Shown here: positions 33,426-46,980 of the stretch, one piece after another
Numbering within the stretch: the stretch's first letter is position 1
Layout: every line of letters begins with the position of its first letter
From: an uncultured Actinomycetota bacterium
Lineage (GTDB): Bacteria; Actinomycetota; Actinomycetes; Actinomycetales; Micrococcaceae
Reading direction: 5' to 3'
DNA: 64,000 bases
NCBI GenBank assembly: GCA_963810895.1
Contig: CAWEPM010000020.1
Location: forward strand, 34,785-98,784
The notes under the pieces: model-generated
Databases searched by the model: none
What the model was told of the DNA's origin: nothing
The model's input: only the letters and a program-made list of their open reading frames with translations
Position numbers and translations under genes: made by a program

Positions 33426-34598
33426 GTGAGGATCGCAATCGTCGCCGAATCATTCCTGCCGCTCATGAACGGAGTCACCCACTCCATCCTGCGCGTGCTG
33501 GAGCATCTGCAGGAGCGCGGGGACGAGGTGCTCGTGATCGCGCCGTCCACGCAGGACACGGACGTCCCGGACGAGGTCTCTGGCGCCCACGTCCACCGGC
33601 TCCCGTCGGTCCCGCTGGCCGGCTATGCGAATGTGCGGGTGGCGTTGGGCGGTGTGTATCGGGTCAAGCGAATCCTTGCCGACTACGCGCCCGACGTCGT
33701 CCACCTCGCGTCCCCGTTCGTGCTCGGCTGGCGGGCGGCGCAGGCCGCCCACCAGCTCGGAATCCCGACCGTCGCCATCTACCAGACCGAGGTCCCCGGC
33801 TACGCGGCGCACTACGGCGTCCCGTTCCTGGAGAACTGGGCCTGGAACCGGGTGGAACAGATCCATCTGCTGGCCTCGCGCACCCTGGTTCCCTCCACTT
33901 TCGCGCTCAACCAGCTCCGCGGCCGCGGCATTCCGCGCGTGGACATGTGGCGGCGCGGCGTGGACACGCAGCGGTTCAACCCGGACAAGCGCGACGCCGG
34001 CTGGCGGGCTTCCGTGGCGCCCGGCGGCGAGCGCCTGATCGGCTACGTGGGCCGGCTGGCGGCCGAGAAGCAGGTGGAGGACCTGGCCGTGCTGGCGGAT
34101 GTTCCCGGCACCCGGCTGGTGATCGTCGGCGACGGTCCCCAGCGGCCGGCCCTGGAAGCCGCCCTGCCGCAGGCGGTCTTCACCGGGTTCCTCGGCGGCG
34201 CCGACCTCGCCCGGGCGGTGGCGTCCTTCGATCTCTTCGTGCACCCCGGCGAGTTCGAGACCTTTTGCCAGACCATCCAGGAGGCCATGGCGTCGGGCGT
34301 GCCGGTGGTGGCCACGGGCCGCGGCGGGCCGCTGGACCTCGTGGAGAATTCGCGGACCGGCTGGCTGTACGAACCCGGCGACCTTGCCGGGCTCCGGGCC
34401 CGGGTGATGGACCTGATGGGCGACGACGCCAAGCGCCGCGCGTTCGCCGCGGCCGCGCACGCCTCGGTCCAGGGCCGGACGTGGTCCGTCCTCGGGGCCG
34501 AACTCGTTGGCCACTACAAGGCCGTGACCCGGGAGCCGCCCGTTGGCCGGTCCCACCTCGTTGCCCTATCACCTAGGGCGGCTAAACCGGGGTTTTAA
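33426..34598 (+). CDS. GT4-family glycosyltransferase (PimB/MgtA-like mannosyltransferase type)
   Basis: 390 aa with N-terminus MRIAIVAESFLPLMNGV and the EX7E-like region near the C-terminus. Confidence 0.8.
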   Translation: MRIAIVAESFLPLMNGVTHSILRVLEHLQERGDEVLVIAPSTQDTDVPDEVSGAHVHRLPSVPLAGYANVRVALGGVYRVKRILADYAPDVVHLASPFVLGWRAAQAAHQLGIPTVAIYQTEVPGYAAHYGVPFLENWAWNRVEQIHLLASRTLVPSTFALNQLRGRGIPRVDMWRRGVDTQRFNPDKRDAGWRASVAPGGERLIGYVGRLAAEKQVEDLAVLADVPGTRLVIVGDGPQRPALEAALPQAVFTGFLGGADLARAVASFDLFVHPGEFETFCQTIQEAMASGVPVVATGRGGPLDLVENSRTGWLYEPGDLAGLRARVMDLMGDDAKRRAFAAAAHASVQGRTWSVLGAELVGHYKAVTREPPVGRSHLVALSPRAAKPGF

Positions 34599-34750
34599 GC
34601 ACCATAGGCGATAGAGCAACCGGGGCAGGACCCGCGGCAACCGGTTGTTTGCTCCTCCCCCGCGGGCCCGGACCCGGCCCCGCCCTCGTGTTGACGCCCA
34701 GGGGAGCCCCGGGACGCCTATGATTTCCCGATGGGAGGGTTCTACATGTC

Positions 34751-37030
34751 TTGTTGGTCTCAGGTTCGCCCGGCGGCTGCCGGGTGACGGCGTCGTCGTA
34801 CCCGGAGGAAACCTCCGGCGCGGTTCCCGGCTACGGGGATCTGGTGGAATCCAGCCCCGACGCCCTGCTGGTGGTGGCAGAGGACGGCACCATCAGCATG
34901 GTCAACACCGCCGCGGAGCGCATGTTCGGGTACGTCCGCGAGGAGCTCGTGGGCTCGGACCACCGCATGCTCCTGGCCGAGGGATTCCGGGACGGACTCC
35001 AGCGGCTGTTCTTCAACCTCCGCCGCGAGGCCCACGCCGGCGCCGACACCCATGGCGGTACCGCCACCCAGGACGATGCCGCCGAGACTGACTTTGCTCC
35101 CGTGGAGGCCTATGGGCTGCGGCGGGACGGCACGGAGTTCCAGGCCGAAGTGGCCGGATCCATTCTGGTCACCGGCGAAGGGACCGCGAGCATGATCGCC
35201 GCGGTCCGGGACACCTCGCACCGGCCGGAGAGCGACGACAGCCTCCGCGAGGCCATGTCGCTGCTGACCGCGACGCTCGAATCCACCGCCGACGGCATCC
35301 TGGTGGTCAGCAGCGAGGGCGAGATCGCCGGCGTCAACAACCAGTTTCTTTCCATGTGGGGCATCCCGCGGGAGTTGCTGGCCACCCGGGACGATGAATC
35401 CGTGATGGCGTTCGTCCTGGACCAGCTGCAGGACCCGGCCCAGTTCGTCGAGAAGGTCGTCGCCCTCTACGCCGATCCCACGGCCGAAAGCCACGATGTC
35501 CTGGATTTCCGGGACGGCCGGACGATCGAACGCTACTCCCGCCCGCAGAAAGTCGCGGGCGAGGTGGTCGGACGCGTGTGGAGCTTCCGCGACGTGACCG
35601 CCGCCAAGGTTGCCCAGGACCGGATTGCCCGGGCCATGGCGGACCTCGCCGAGCAGTCCGCCCAGCTCACGGCGCTGGCGTTCCGGGACGGACTGACCGG
35701 ACTGTCCAACCGCCAGCTCTTCAACGACCGCCTCGCCAGTGCCCTCGCGGGCCCGCGCGGCACCGCCGTCGACGTCCTGCTCCTGGACCTGGACGACTTC
35801 AAGGAAGTCAATGACATCCTGGGCCACCACGCCGGGGACCAGATGCTCATTGAGGTCGGCCGGCGGCTCCGCACGTGCGTCCGGCCGGACGACGTCGTGG
35901 CCCGGCTGGGCGGCGACGAATTCGTGGTGCTCCTGGTCGGCTCGCAGGAGCCCGAGGCCGTCGCCGGCAGGATCGTCGACTCCCTGCGCGTCCCGGTGTG
36001 GATCGACGGCACCATGCTGCGGCCCAGCCTCAGCCTGGGGCTCGCCTCGATCGGCGGGCCCGGCGAGGACACCGGTCGAGCCGACGACGGCGAGGCCGGC
36101 GATGCCGCCGTGGACGCCTCCGAGCTCCTGCGCCGCGCCGACGTCGCGATGTATGCCGCCAAGACCGCCGGCAAGAACCGGTACATGCGCTTCCGGCCCG
36201 AGATGATGAAGGCCCTCGTGGACCGCAACGACCTCGAGGCCGGCCTGCGCCTGGCCGTGGACAACGGGCAGATCGCCGTGCACTACCAGCCGATCGTGTC
36301 CGCGGGCCGCGGGACGGTGACCAAGGTCGAGGCCCTGGCCCGCTGGGTGCGTGACGGTGCGCTCGTTCCGCCCCAGCAGTTCATTCCGGCAGCGGAACGC
36401 AGCGGCCTCATTGTCGAGATCGGCACCGAGGTGCTGCTGCGCGGCTGCACCGAGCTCAAGCCCTGGCTGCTGGAGGATCCTTCCCGGTCGCTGGCCGTGA
36501 ACGTTTCCGGTGTCCAGCTCCAGCACGGGGACTTCGCCGAACTGGTCCTGGCAGTGACGGAATCCTGCGGCGTGGACCCGCACCAGCTGGTCCTGGAGGT
36601 CACGGAGAGTGTCTTTTTCGAGGACGACTGCCACGTGATCCAGCAGCTCATGAGCCTGCGCAAGGCCGGCGTCCGGGTGGCGCTGGATGACTTCGGCACC
36701 GGTTTCTCCTCCCTCGGACGCCTCCAGGGCCTGCCGGTGGACACGCTGAAGATCGATCAGTCGTTCGTGGCCATGATCCACAACGGCACCGAACAGCTGC
36801 CCATCCTCAACGCCATGATCGGCATGGCCCACGGGCTGGGGCTTACCGTCACGGCCGAAGGCGTGGAAACGGCCGCCCAGGCCGGCTACCTGATGAATCT
36901 GGACTGCGATTGCATGCAGGGCTTCCTGTTCTCGGGCCCCCAGCCGGAGACCGCGCTCCTGCCGGCGCTGGATCAGGCGGCGCGGGCCATCGCCGCGCTG
37001 CGGGGCGCCCGGGTGCCCGGCAACCGGTGA
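34751..37030 (+). CDS. PAS-PAS-GGDEF-EAL signalling protein (paralog 1)
   Basis: Two PAS domains, GGDEF with intact RLGGDEF, and EAL with the EALARW motif plus DDFGTG and KIDQSF. Confidence 0.8.
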   Translation: MLVSGSPGGCRVTASSYPEETSGAVPGYGDLVESSPDALLVVAEDGTISMVNTAAERMFGYVREELVGSDHRMLLAEGFRDGLQRLFFNLRREAHAGADTHGGTATQDDAAETDFAPVEAYGLRRDGTEFQAEVAGSILVTGEGTASMIAAVRDTSHRPESDDSLREAMSLLTATLESTADGILVVSSEGEIAGVNNQFLSMWGIPRELLATRDDESVMAFVLDQLQDPAQFVEKVVALYADPTAESHDVLDFRDGRTIERYSRPQKVAGEVVGRVWSFRDVTAAKVAQDRIARAMADLAEQSAQLTALAFRDGLTGLSNRQLFNDRLASALAGPRGTAVDVLLLDLDDFKEVNDILGHHAGDQMLIEVGRRLRTCVRPDDVVARLGGDEFVVLLVGSQEPEAVAGRIVDSLRVPVWIDGTMLRPSLSLGLASIGGPGEDTGRADDGEAGDAAVDASELLRRADVAMYAAKTAGKNRYMRFRPEMMKALVDRNDLEAGLRLAVDNGQIAVHYQPIVSAGRGTVTKVEALARWVRDGALVPPQQFIPAAERSGLIVEIGTEVLLRGCTELKPWLLEDPSRSLAVNVSGVQLQHGDFAELVLAVTESCGVDPHQLVLEVTESVFFEDDCHVIQQLMSLRKAGVRVALDDFGTGFSSLGRLQGLPVDTLKIDQSFVAMIHNGTEQLPILNAMIGMAHGLGLTVTAEGVETAAQAGYLMNLDCDCMQGFLFSGPQPETALLPALDQAARAIAALRGARVPGNR

Positions 37031-37192
37031 CCCGCAACCGGTGACCCGCAAAGTTCCCGGGCCGATGTGCTGGACAGATGTGCTGGACAGATGTACTGGA
37101 CATTGGGCCGAAGGACCCTATGATTCAGGGAAACGCATTGAGCCCGGCATCTTGGCCGGGGAACATCATCGCTGAAATGAACTTCCGTCGCT

Positions 37193-39313
37193 TTGGGGGC
37201 CGGTATCGTCGTGGGAACTGGATTTGGTGAAGACCTGCTGGAGCAGGGTCCTGATGCGTTTCTGCTGCTGACCGCGGACGGGACCATCGCCTTCGTGAAT
37301 TCGGCCGCGGAACGGCTCTTCGGCTATCCCCGTGAGGACCTGCTGGGCGTGCAGCACACGGTCCTGCTTTCGGAGGAAGGCCGCGGCGGCTTCCTGCGGG
37401 TCTTTGGCCGGCTGGGCCGCAAGAGCCGGGCCGGCAGCCGGCCGTTCGCCGCCGTCGGACTCCACCGGGACGGCTCGGAACTCGCCGTCGAAATCACCTG
37501 CTCGCTCGTGAGCGTCGACGCCGGCACGGCCATGGCGGTCGCCGTCCGCGACGCCGGGCACCGGAACGACTCCGACTCAGGCCGGCGGCTGGCCGTCTCA
37601 CTCCTGGACGCCACGCTGGAAACGACGTCGGACGGAATCGTCGTGGTCTCCAGCGAGGGCCAAATCACCGGGATCAACGACCAATACCTGAAGCTCTGGG
37701 GCATGCCGCCGGAGCTGATCGCGGCCGAGGACCCCACTGCGCTGGTCCGGTTCATCGCGGACCAGCTGGCCGACCCCGACTACTTCCTGCAAAAGGTTGC
37801 CGCGCTCTACGCAGACACCATGATGCAGAGCCACGACGTCCTGGAGTTCGCCGACGGCCGCACCGTGGAGCTGTACTCGCGCCCGCAGAAGGTGGCGGAC
37901 ACGATCGTGGGACGGATCTGGAACTTCCGCGACATCACCTCGCGCCGCCGCGCCCAGGACCAGGCCCGCCGCGCCATGGAGGAACTGGCCGAGCAGGCCG
38001 GCAAGCTCAAGGAACTGGCCTTTCAGGACCCGCTCACGGGACTGGCCAACCGGATGCTCTTCAACGAACGGGCCGCCGCGGCGCTGCTCACCCCGGAACC
38101 AGTGCACGTGCTGCTCCTGGACCTGGACGACTTCAAGGAAGTCAACGACGTCCTGGGCCACCATGCCGGCGACCAGATGCTGGTCGAGATCTCCCGGCGG
38201 CTCCAGAACTGCGTGGGCCCGCACGGCACCGTCGCCCGGCTGGGCGGGGACGAGTTCGTGGTCCTGCTGGTCGGCTGCCGCGACGCCGACGCCGTCGCCC
38301 AGCGCGTGGTCAGCACCCTGAACGCCCCGGTCTCCATCGAGGGGACGCTCATGCGGCCCGGCCTGAGCCTGGGCGTGGCCTCCCGCGACGCCGGGACGGA
38401 GACGTCGTCGGAGCTGCTGCGGCAGGCGGACCTGGCCATGTACGCGGCCAAGGAGGCCGGCAAGAACTGCTATGTGCACTTCCGGCCCGAGATGCTGGCC
38501 GCACTGCTGGAGCGCACCCAGCTCACGGCCGGGCTGCGGCGGGCGGTGGAGCTCGGGCAGATCACGGTCCACTACCAGCCCGTCATCTCCAGCGACCGGC
38601 TCGACGTCGTGCAGTTCGAGGCCCTGGCCCGCTGGGAATGGGAAGGCGAGCTGATCCCGCCGGACGACTTCATCGAGACGGCGGAACGCAGCGGCCTGAT
38701 CCGGGAGATCGGCGCCGAGGTGCTGCGGCGCAGCTGCACCGAACTCGCCCCGTGGCTCGCCGAGGATCCCTTCCGGAGCGTGGCCGTCAACGTTTCCGGC
38801 GTGCAGCTGCAGCACCGGGACTTCGCCGAGCGCGTCCTGGACATTGCGGCGTGGAGCGGGGTGGACCCGCGCCAGCTGGTCCTGGAAGTGACCGAGAGCG
38901 TGTTCTTCGACGCCCACTCCCACGTGATCGGCCAGCTCGAGACCCTGCGCGAGGCCGGCATCCGGGTGGCCCTGGACGACTTCGGCACCGGCTATTCCTC
39001 GCTGGGCCGCCTGCAGGACCTGCCGGTGGACGTGGTGAAGATCGACAAGTCGTTCGTGTCCATGCTGCACACCGGCACCGAAAAGCTGCCCATCCTCACC
39101 TCGATGATCCACATGGCGCGAAGCCTGGGACTGAAGGTCACGGCCGAGGGCATCGAGACGCCGGCCCAGGCGCGCTACCTCATGGACCACGGCTGCGACG
39201 CCCTGCAGGGCTTCCTCTTCTCCCGCCCGGAACCCGCGGCGGACAGGCAGCAGGCCGTCCGCAACTCGGCGGCGGCCATCGCCGAACTCGAGGGCGTGCC
39301 GCTGCCCGGGTAG
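37193..39313 (+). CDS. PAS-PAS-GGDEF-EAL signalling protein (paralog 2)
   Basis: Same architecture as paralog 1, with RLGGDEF and FEALARW motifs. Start is a TTG/GTG in this region. Confidence 0.8.
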   Translation: MGAGIVVGTGFGEDLLEQGPDAFLLLTADGTIAFVNSAAERLFGYPREDLLGVQHTVLLSEEGRGGFLRVFGRLGRKSRAGSRPFAAVGLHRDGSELAVEITCSLVSVDAGTAMAVAVRDAGHRNDSDSGRRLAVSLLDATLETTSDGIVVVSSEGQITGINDQYLKLWGMPPELIAAEDPTALVRFIADQLADPDYFLQKVAALYADTMMQSHDVLEFADGRTVELYSRPQKVADTIVGRIWNFRDITSRRRAQDQARRAMEELAEQAGKLKELAFQDPLTGLANRMLFNERAAAALLTPEPVHVLLLDLDDFKEVNDVLGHHAGDQMLVEISRRLQNCVGPHGTVARLGGDEFVVLLVGCRDADAVAQRVVSTLNAPVSIEGTLMRPGLSLGVASRDAGTETSSELLRQADLAMYAAKEAGKNCYVHFRPEMLAALLERTQLTAGLRRAVELGQITVHYQPVISSDRLDVVQFEALARWEWEGELIPPDDFIETAERSGLIREIGAEVLRRSCTELAPWLAEDPFRSVAVNVSGVQLQHRDFAERVLDIAAWSGVDPRQLVLEVTESVFFDAHSHVIGQLETLREAGIRVALDDFGTGYSSLGRLQDLPVDVVKIDKSFVSMLHTGTEKLPILTSMIHMARSLGLKVTAEGIETPAQARYLMDHGCDALQGFLFSRPEPAADRQQAVRNSAAAIAELEGVPLPG

Positions 39314-39494
39314 CGGGGCTGCGGGTAGCTGGGCCGCGGGTTGTTGGGCTGCTTTCCGACACATTTACAGCGCGGCATGAGGCCCATCACGTCCGGGGAG
39401 CCGGCACCGCATATGATTCAGTCAGCGCAGTGCGCCTTGTTCTCCGCAGGGTGCCCGCTATCCGCATTCGTCGCCTGGGGGGCTGTCAAACATC

Positions 39495-41395
39495 GTGGAA
39501 GCCGGTTTCGCACAACACCTGCTGGAGTACAGCCCGGACGCCCTGCTGCTGGTCGGCCCGGACGGATCAATTTCCTTCCTTAATACGGCCGCGGAACAGC
39601 TCTTCGGCTACCCCCGGGCGCAACTTCTGGGGGCTGACCACAGCCTGCTCCTGGCCGAGGCCTCGCGGGAGGATTTCCACGGCGTCCTGGCCGGGCTCGG
39701 CACGGCCGCAGGCCCCCGCCTTCCGTTCGCCGGCTCGGGCCGCCGGGCCGACGGCACCGAACTCCCGGTCGAAATCACGTGCTCGCTGGTCCCCGCCCCG
39801 GCAGGAGCGGCCGACGCCGGCACCTCCGTGGCCCTCTCGGTCCGCGGCGCCGGCCACCGGAACGGCCACCCGGACGGCCAAAGGAATGCAGACCAGAACG
39901 GTCACCAGCCCCTTCAGCCGCAGGTCCGGCCCGCGGGTGCCGGTCACGACGCCGGAGCCCACCTCGGGCCGGCAGCGCCGGCAGCGCCGGCCGTTCCCTC
40001 AGCGGTGACTTCCACCGCCGTCGTGCTCCCGGTTCTGCGGGAGTTGCCGGTGCGCCGGGTGCCGCTCCCGCGGCGTTCGCCGGGCACGACGACGAGCTCA
40101 AGGCCGGGTCCCTCCGCGACCCCCTGACGGCGTTGCCCAACGGTCCCTTCTTCAATGAACGGCTCGCCGCGGCCCTGCGCCGCCCGGATCCGGTGGACAT
40201 CCTGCTGTTGAATATCGATGACTTCAAGCACCTCAATGGCGTGCTGGGACGCTCGGCGGCCGATGAGCTGCTGGTGGAGGTGGCGAGCAGGCTGCGCAAC
40301 TGCGTCCGCCCGCACGACACCGTGGCCCGGCTGGGCGGCGACGAATTCGCGGTGCTCCTGACCGAATGCCTCAACGCGGACGCGGTGGCCAAGCGGATCG
40401 CCGAGGCCCTCTATGCGCCCCTGCGCGTCGGCGGCTCCATGGTCCGGCCCGGCGTGAGCATGGGCCTGGCGTCGAAGTCGGCGCAGACCCTGGACGGGGC
40501 GGAACTGCTGCGGCAGGCCGACGCCGCCATGACCGCGGCGAAGGCCGCCGGGAAGAACAACTGGCTGCGGTTCCGGCCGGAGATGCTCAACACCGCGGCC
40601 CACAAGGCCGACGGCGAGACCGGGCTCCGGCGCGCCGTCGAGCTGGGCCAGATCTCGGTGCACTACCAGCCCGTGGTGTCCCCGGGCATCGGCTCGGTGG
40701 TGCAGTTCGAGGCGTTCGCCCGGTGGGAGCGGCACGGCCGGCTCGTCCCGCCCAACCAGTTCCTGCCCGTGGCCGAGCAGAGCGGCCTGATCCGCGAGAT
40801 CGGCGACGAAGTCCTGCGCCGCGCCTGCGCCGAGATCCGGCCGTGGCTGGCCGGCGACGCCGCGTACAGCGTCGCCGTGAATGTCTCCGGCCTGCAGTTC
40901 CAGCACCGGGACTTCGCCGCGGACGTGCTCGCGATTGCGGCGTCCACCGGCGTCGACCCGCACCAGCTCACGCTGGAGCTGACGGAAAGCGTGTTCTTCG
41001 ACGCGTCCTCGGACGTGCTGACCCAGCTGCGGCAGCTGCGCGAGGCCGGTGTCCGGATTGCCATGGACGACTTCGGCACCGGGTATTCCACGCTCGGCCG
41101 GCTCCAGGAGCTGCCCCTGGACATGGTCAAGATCGACCGCTCCTTCGTGGCCATGATCAAGACCGGCCAGGAGCAGCTCCCGTTCTTCGCCACCATGATC
41201 AACGCCGCGCATGCCCTCGGCCTGAAGGTCACGGCGGAAGGCATCGAGACCCCGGCGCAGGCCAAGTACCTGATGGAGCGCGGCTGCGACTCCCTGCAGG
41301 GCTACCTGTTCGCCAAGCCCGCCCCGGCCAGCGACCTCGCCGGAACCATGGAGAGCGCCCTGAACGCCCTGGACAAGGTCGACGTCGGGCGGTGA
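39495..41395 (+). CDS. PAS-GGDEF-EAL paralog 3, shorter (second PAS replaced by a low-complexity linker), frame broken between ORFs 39495-40127 and 39779-41395
   Basis: PAS N-terminus in one frame; GGDEF (RLGGDEF) and EAL in another. The EAL motif reads EAFARW instead of EAL. Confidence 0.6.
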
Positions 41396-41571
41396 CCCTG
41401 CTTGTGCCCCTGTTGCCGGGCGTCGCCGGGTCTCGGAGCGCATTGACGCCGCCACACTCCGCCATTGGACGCAAACGGCCGCTAAGCATTATGGCTTAGC
41501 GGCCGTTCTTGGCACTTCGTTGGATGTACCGGCCCGGCTCCGGAAGTCCGGGGCCAGCCCGGCTCCCGGGC

Positions 41572-41886
41572 CTAGCGCTTTTCGCAGGCGATGCCGTCGT
41601 TGTCACGGTCGAGGTCGTATTCGCCCCAGTGGCGGGGCGCACCGCCGTCGTTGTAGCTGTACACGGTGTTGTCGACGCGGAAGGTGGTGACCGGCTTTCC
41701 GCTGGTCTTGTCCCGGGCCCCGTTGCGGCCGACGCCGTGCGGGTAGACCTTGTTGAGCTCCGTGCAGTTCTTGTACGATTTCGGCGCGGGCGCGGCAGAT
41801 GCCGGCACGGCCGTGGCGCTCAGGACGACGGCGGCACCCGCCAGTGACGCAATAACAATTTTCTTCAGGCGCACGTTTAAGAGCAC
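41572..41886 (-). CDS. Excalibur calcium-binding domain secreted protein
   Basis: Signal peptide plus the C-terminal DxDxDGxxCE motif (DLDRDNDGIACE). Confidence 0.7.
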   Translation of the reverse strand: MLLNVRLKKIVIASLAGAAVVLSATAVPASAAPAPKSYKNCTELNKVYPHGVGRNGARDKTSGKPVTTFRVDNTVYSYNDGGAPRHWGEYDLDRDNDGIACEKR

Positions 41887-41982
41887 TCCCCCAGGTAGAA
41901 GCCCTCAGCCGCGTGTCGGCGAGGGGCAGGAAAATGCTAACCCACGATTTCGCCGTTTCCGGTGAGGCTCCGCCCGGGTGAT

Positions 41983-42831
41983 TTACTGCCGGTGGTCCAG
42001 CTTGTCGATGTCCTGCGCCACCATCGCCTCGCTGCGCTGCCACAACGCCTTGGCCAGGCCCGCGTCGTAGGCCTGCTTGTTGGCCTTGGAGAGTGTCCGC
42101 TTGGCGTAGTAGGTGCCGGAGATCCAGTCGTGGCCCGGGGTGGCGTTGGCGAGCCACACGAGGGTGTCCGCGCCCTGGTCCGGGGTCAGCATGAAGCGCT
42201 TGAGGAAGGACTTGTAGGCCAGGCGCATGTGGCTCGTGGAGTCGGCCGCGAAGTTGGTGGCCACGCCGCCGGGGTGGAAGGCCGCCGTCGAGATCCCCTC
42301 GGCGTTGTAGCGGTTGTGGAGCTCGGTGGTGAAGAGGATGTTGGCGAGCTTGGCGTTGCCGTAGGCGCGGTTGGTGGAGTAGCTCCGGGCCGCGTCGAGG
42401 TCGTCGATGTCCAGCTTGCCGAAGAGCGAATTCGCCACGCTCGAGGTGTTGATGACCGTGGCCTGGCTGGCGGCGAGCACGTCGATCAGCTGGGTGGTGA
42501 GCAGGAACGGGGCGAGGTGGTTGACCTGGAAGGTTTTCTCGTGGCCGTCCACGGTGAGCTCGCGGGGTCCCATGATGCCGCCGGCGTTGTTCGCCAGGAC
42601 GTCGATCCGCGGGTATTTCTCCTTCAGCTGCGCGGCCAGGCTGCGCACCTGGGCGAGCTCGGCGAAGTCACTGACGAAGAAGTCGGCGCCGATTTCGTTC
42701 GCGATCGCCTCGGTCTTCTGCGCGGAACGCCCGACGACGACCACCCGTTCCCCCTGCCGGGCGAACGTCCGTGCGGCGGAGGCACCGATGCCGTCGCTGG
42801 CTCCGGTGATGACGATAGTGCGCTCGGGCAT
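41983..42831 (-). CDS. SDR-family oxidoreductase
   Basis: 282 aa with TGASDGIGAS Rossmann motif, NNAG, and the catalytic YGNAK (YxxxK). Confidence 0.85.
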   Translation of the reverse strand: MPERTIVITGASDGIGASAARTFARQGERVVVVGRSAQKTEAIANEIGADFFVSDFAELAQVRSLAAQLKEKYPRIDVLANNAGGIMGPRELTVDGHEKTFQVNHLAPFLLTTQLIDVLAASQATVINTSSVANSLFGKLDIDDLDAARSYSTNRAYGNAKLANILFTTELHNRYNAEGISTAAFHPGGVATNFAADSTSHMRLAYKSFLKRFMLTPDQGADTLVWLANATPGHDWISGTYYAKRTLSKANKQAYDAGLAKALWQRSEAMVAQDIDKLDHRQ

Positions 42832-42949
42832 TGAAGTGTCCTTAGAACGAAGCGTTGGGCTGATCTTTTTGGAATCCAGCCCCGTCGCATTCTAACGAGC
42901 CTAACTAGGAGTTCGTTCCGCTGGAGCCGGTGCTTTCCCCGGAATCTGC

Positions 42950-43420
42950 TGGGAGTTTCCCTGATCCCGCCACGACGCTCCCTCACGTCTCGCAGCGCTC
43001 CGGCGCGACGCTCCCTCACGTCTCGCAGGCTCGGCGCGGTCCCTACCGGGGCCGACCGACGCTCCCTCACTTGTTGCGGCGTCCGGCGCGACGCTCCCTC
43101 ACATCTCGCGCGTCCGGCCGACGCTCCCTCACTGTGCGCCGGCGCGACGCTCCCTCACGTTGCGGGTGTTCGGCGTCCGGCGCCGGGTCCGGGTGGCCTG
43201 CCGGCCTGTGCCGGAGCGGAGGGAGCGTCCCGGAACCTGCGGGGTGAAGGGTCCCCGGTGGCGCGGTGGTGAGGGAGGGTCCCGCGGGGTGGCGCCGGTG
43301 GTGAGGGAGGGTCCCCCGGGGTGGCGCCGGTGGTGAGGGAGGGTCGCGGGAACCTGCGGTGCTGAGGGAGCGTCGCGGGGTGCGCCGGTGGTGAGGGAGG
43401 GTCTCTGTTGTGCCCTGGGG
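42950..43420. repeat. quasi-palindromic block: about six direct about 30-nt repeats (core GACGCTCCCTCAC) followed by about six inverted copies (core GTGAGGGAGGGTC)
   Basis: Direct copies at about 42972, 43007, 43059, 43089, 43120 and 43147, and reverse-complement copies at about 43208, 43268, 43298, 43330, 43364 and 43393. Centre of symmetry is near 43185, between the 5S 3' end and the SDR promoter. Confidence 0.7.
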
Positions 43421-43445
43421 TTGGTGGTTGGGGGGTTAAATGCGG

Positions 43446-43478
43446 GAGGACCCCCAACCTGTGGTTGGGGGTCCTCGA
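43446..43478 (-). terminator. hairpin immediately 3' of 5S rRNA (rrn operon terminator candidate)
   Basis: Perfect 14-bp stem GAGGACCCCCAACC / GGTTGGGGGTCCTC with a 4-nt loop, and no U-tract after it. Confidence 0.5.
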
Positions 43479-43485
43479 CCTTAAT

Positions 43486-43608
43486 GATGTTCCGGCGGTG
43501 ACCTACTCTCCCACACCCTCCCGGGTGCAGTACCATCGGCGCTGTGGGTCTTAGCTTCCGGGTTCGGAATGGGACCGGGCGTTTCCCCCACGCTATGACC
43601 GCCGTAAC
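43486..43608 (-). rRNA. rrf: 5S ribosomal RNA
   Basis: Reverse complement reads GTTACGGCGGTCATAGCGTGGGGGAAACGCCCGGTCCCATTCCGAACCCGGAAGCTAAGACCCACAGCGCCGATGGTACTGCACCCGGGAGGGTGTGGGAGAGTAGGTCACCGCCGGAACATC. Confidence 0.9.
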
Positions 43609-43837
43609 CCTTGCTCCTCCACCCTGCCGGTTGCCGGGGGTGGGGAAATCTTGTGGTTACAACATGCCTGCACCGGTGTTCTGGTGCAGTTGTGGTGTTG
43701 TGTATTTAGTTGTCGGTTCCTTGCAACGTGCCCGTGACGGGTTTGTTGGTTGGGAACCACATAGTGGACGCAAGCAGTCTTGTTTCTTTGTACCCTTCCC
43801 CTGGTGTGAACGTCTTTTGAATCCGTTCACGGGAAGG

Positions 43838-46980
<3,143 letters not shown>

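Noticed and set aside
34760-41455. Three long minus-strand ORFs (763, 588 and 503 aa)
   Set aside because: They mirror the three PAS-GGDEF-EAL genes on the opposite strand and are GC-frame artefacts.
42950-43420. Possible CRISPR array
   Set aside because: The repeat core is only about 13 nt, the inter-repeat segments are mutually similar rather than unique spacers, the second half is the reverse complement of the first, and no cas genes are nearby. It is a minisatellite or palindrome, not CRISPR.
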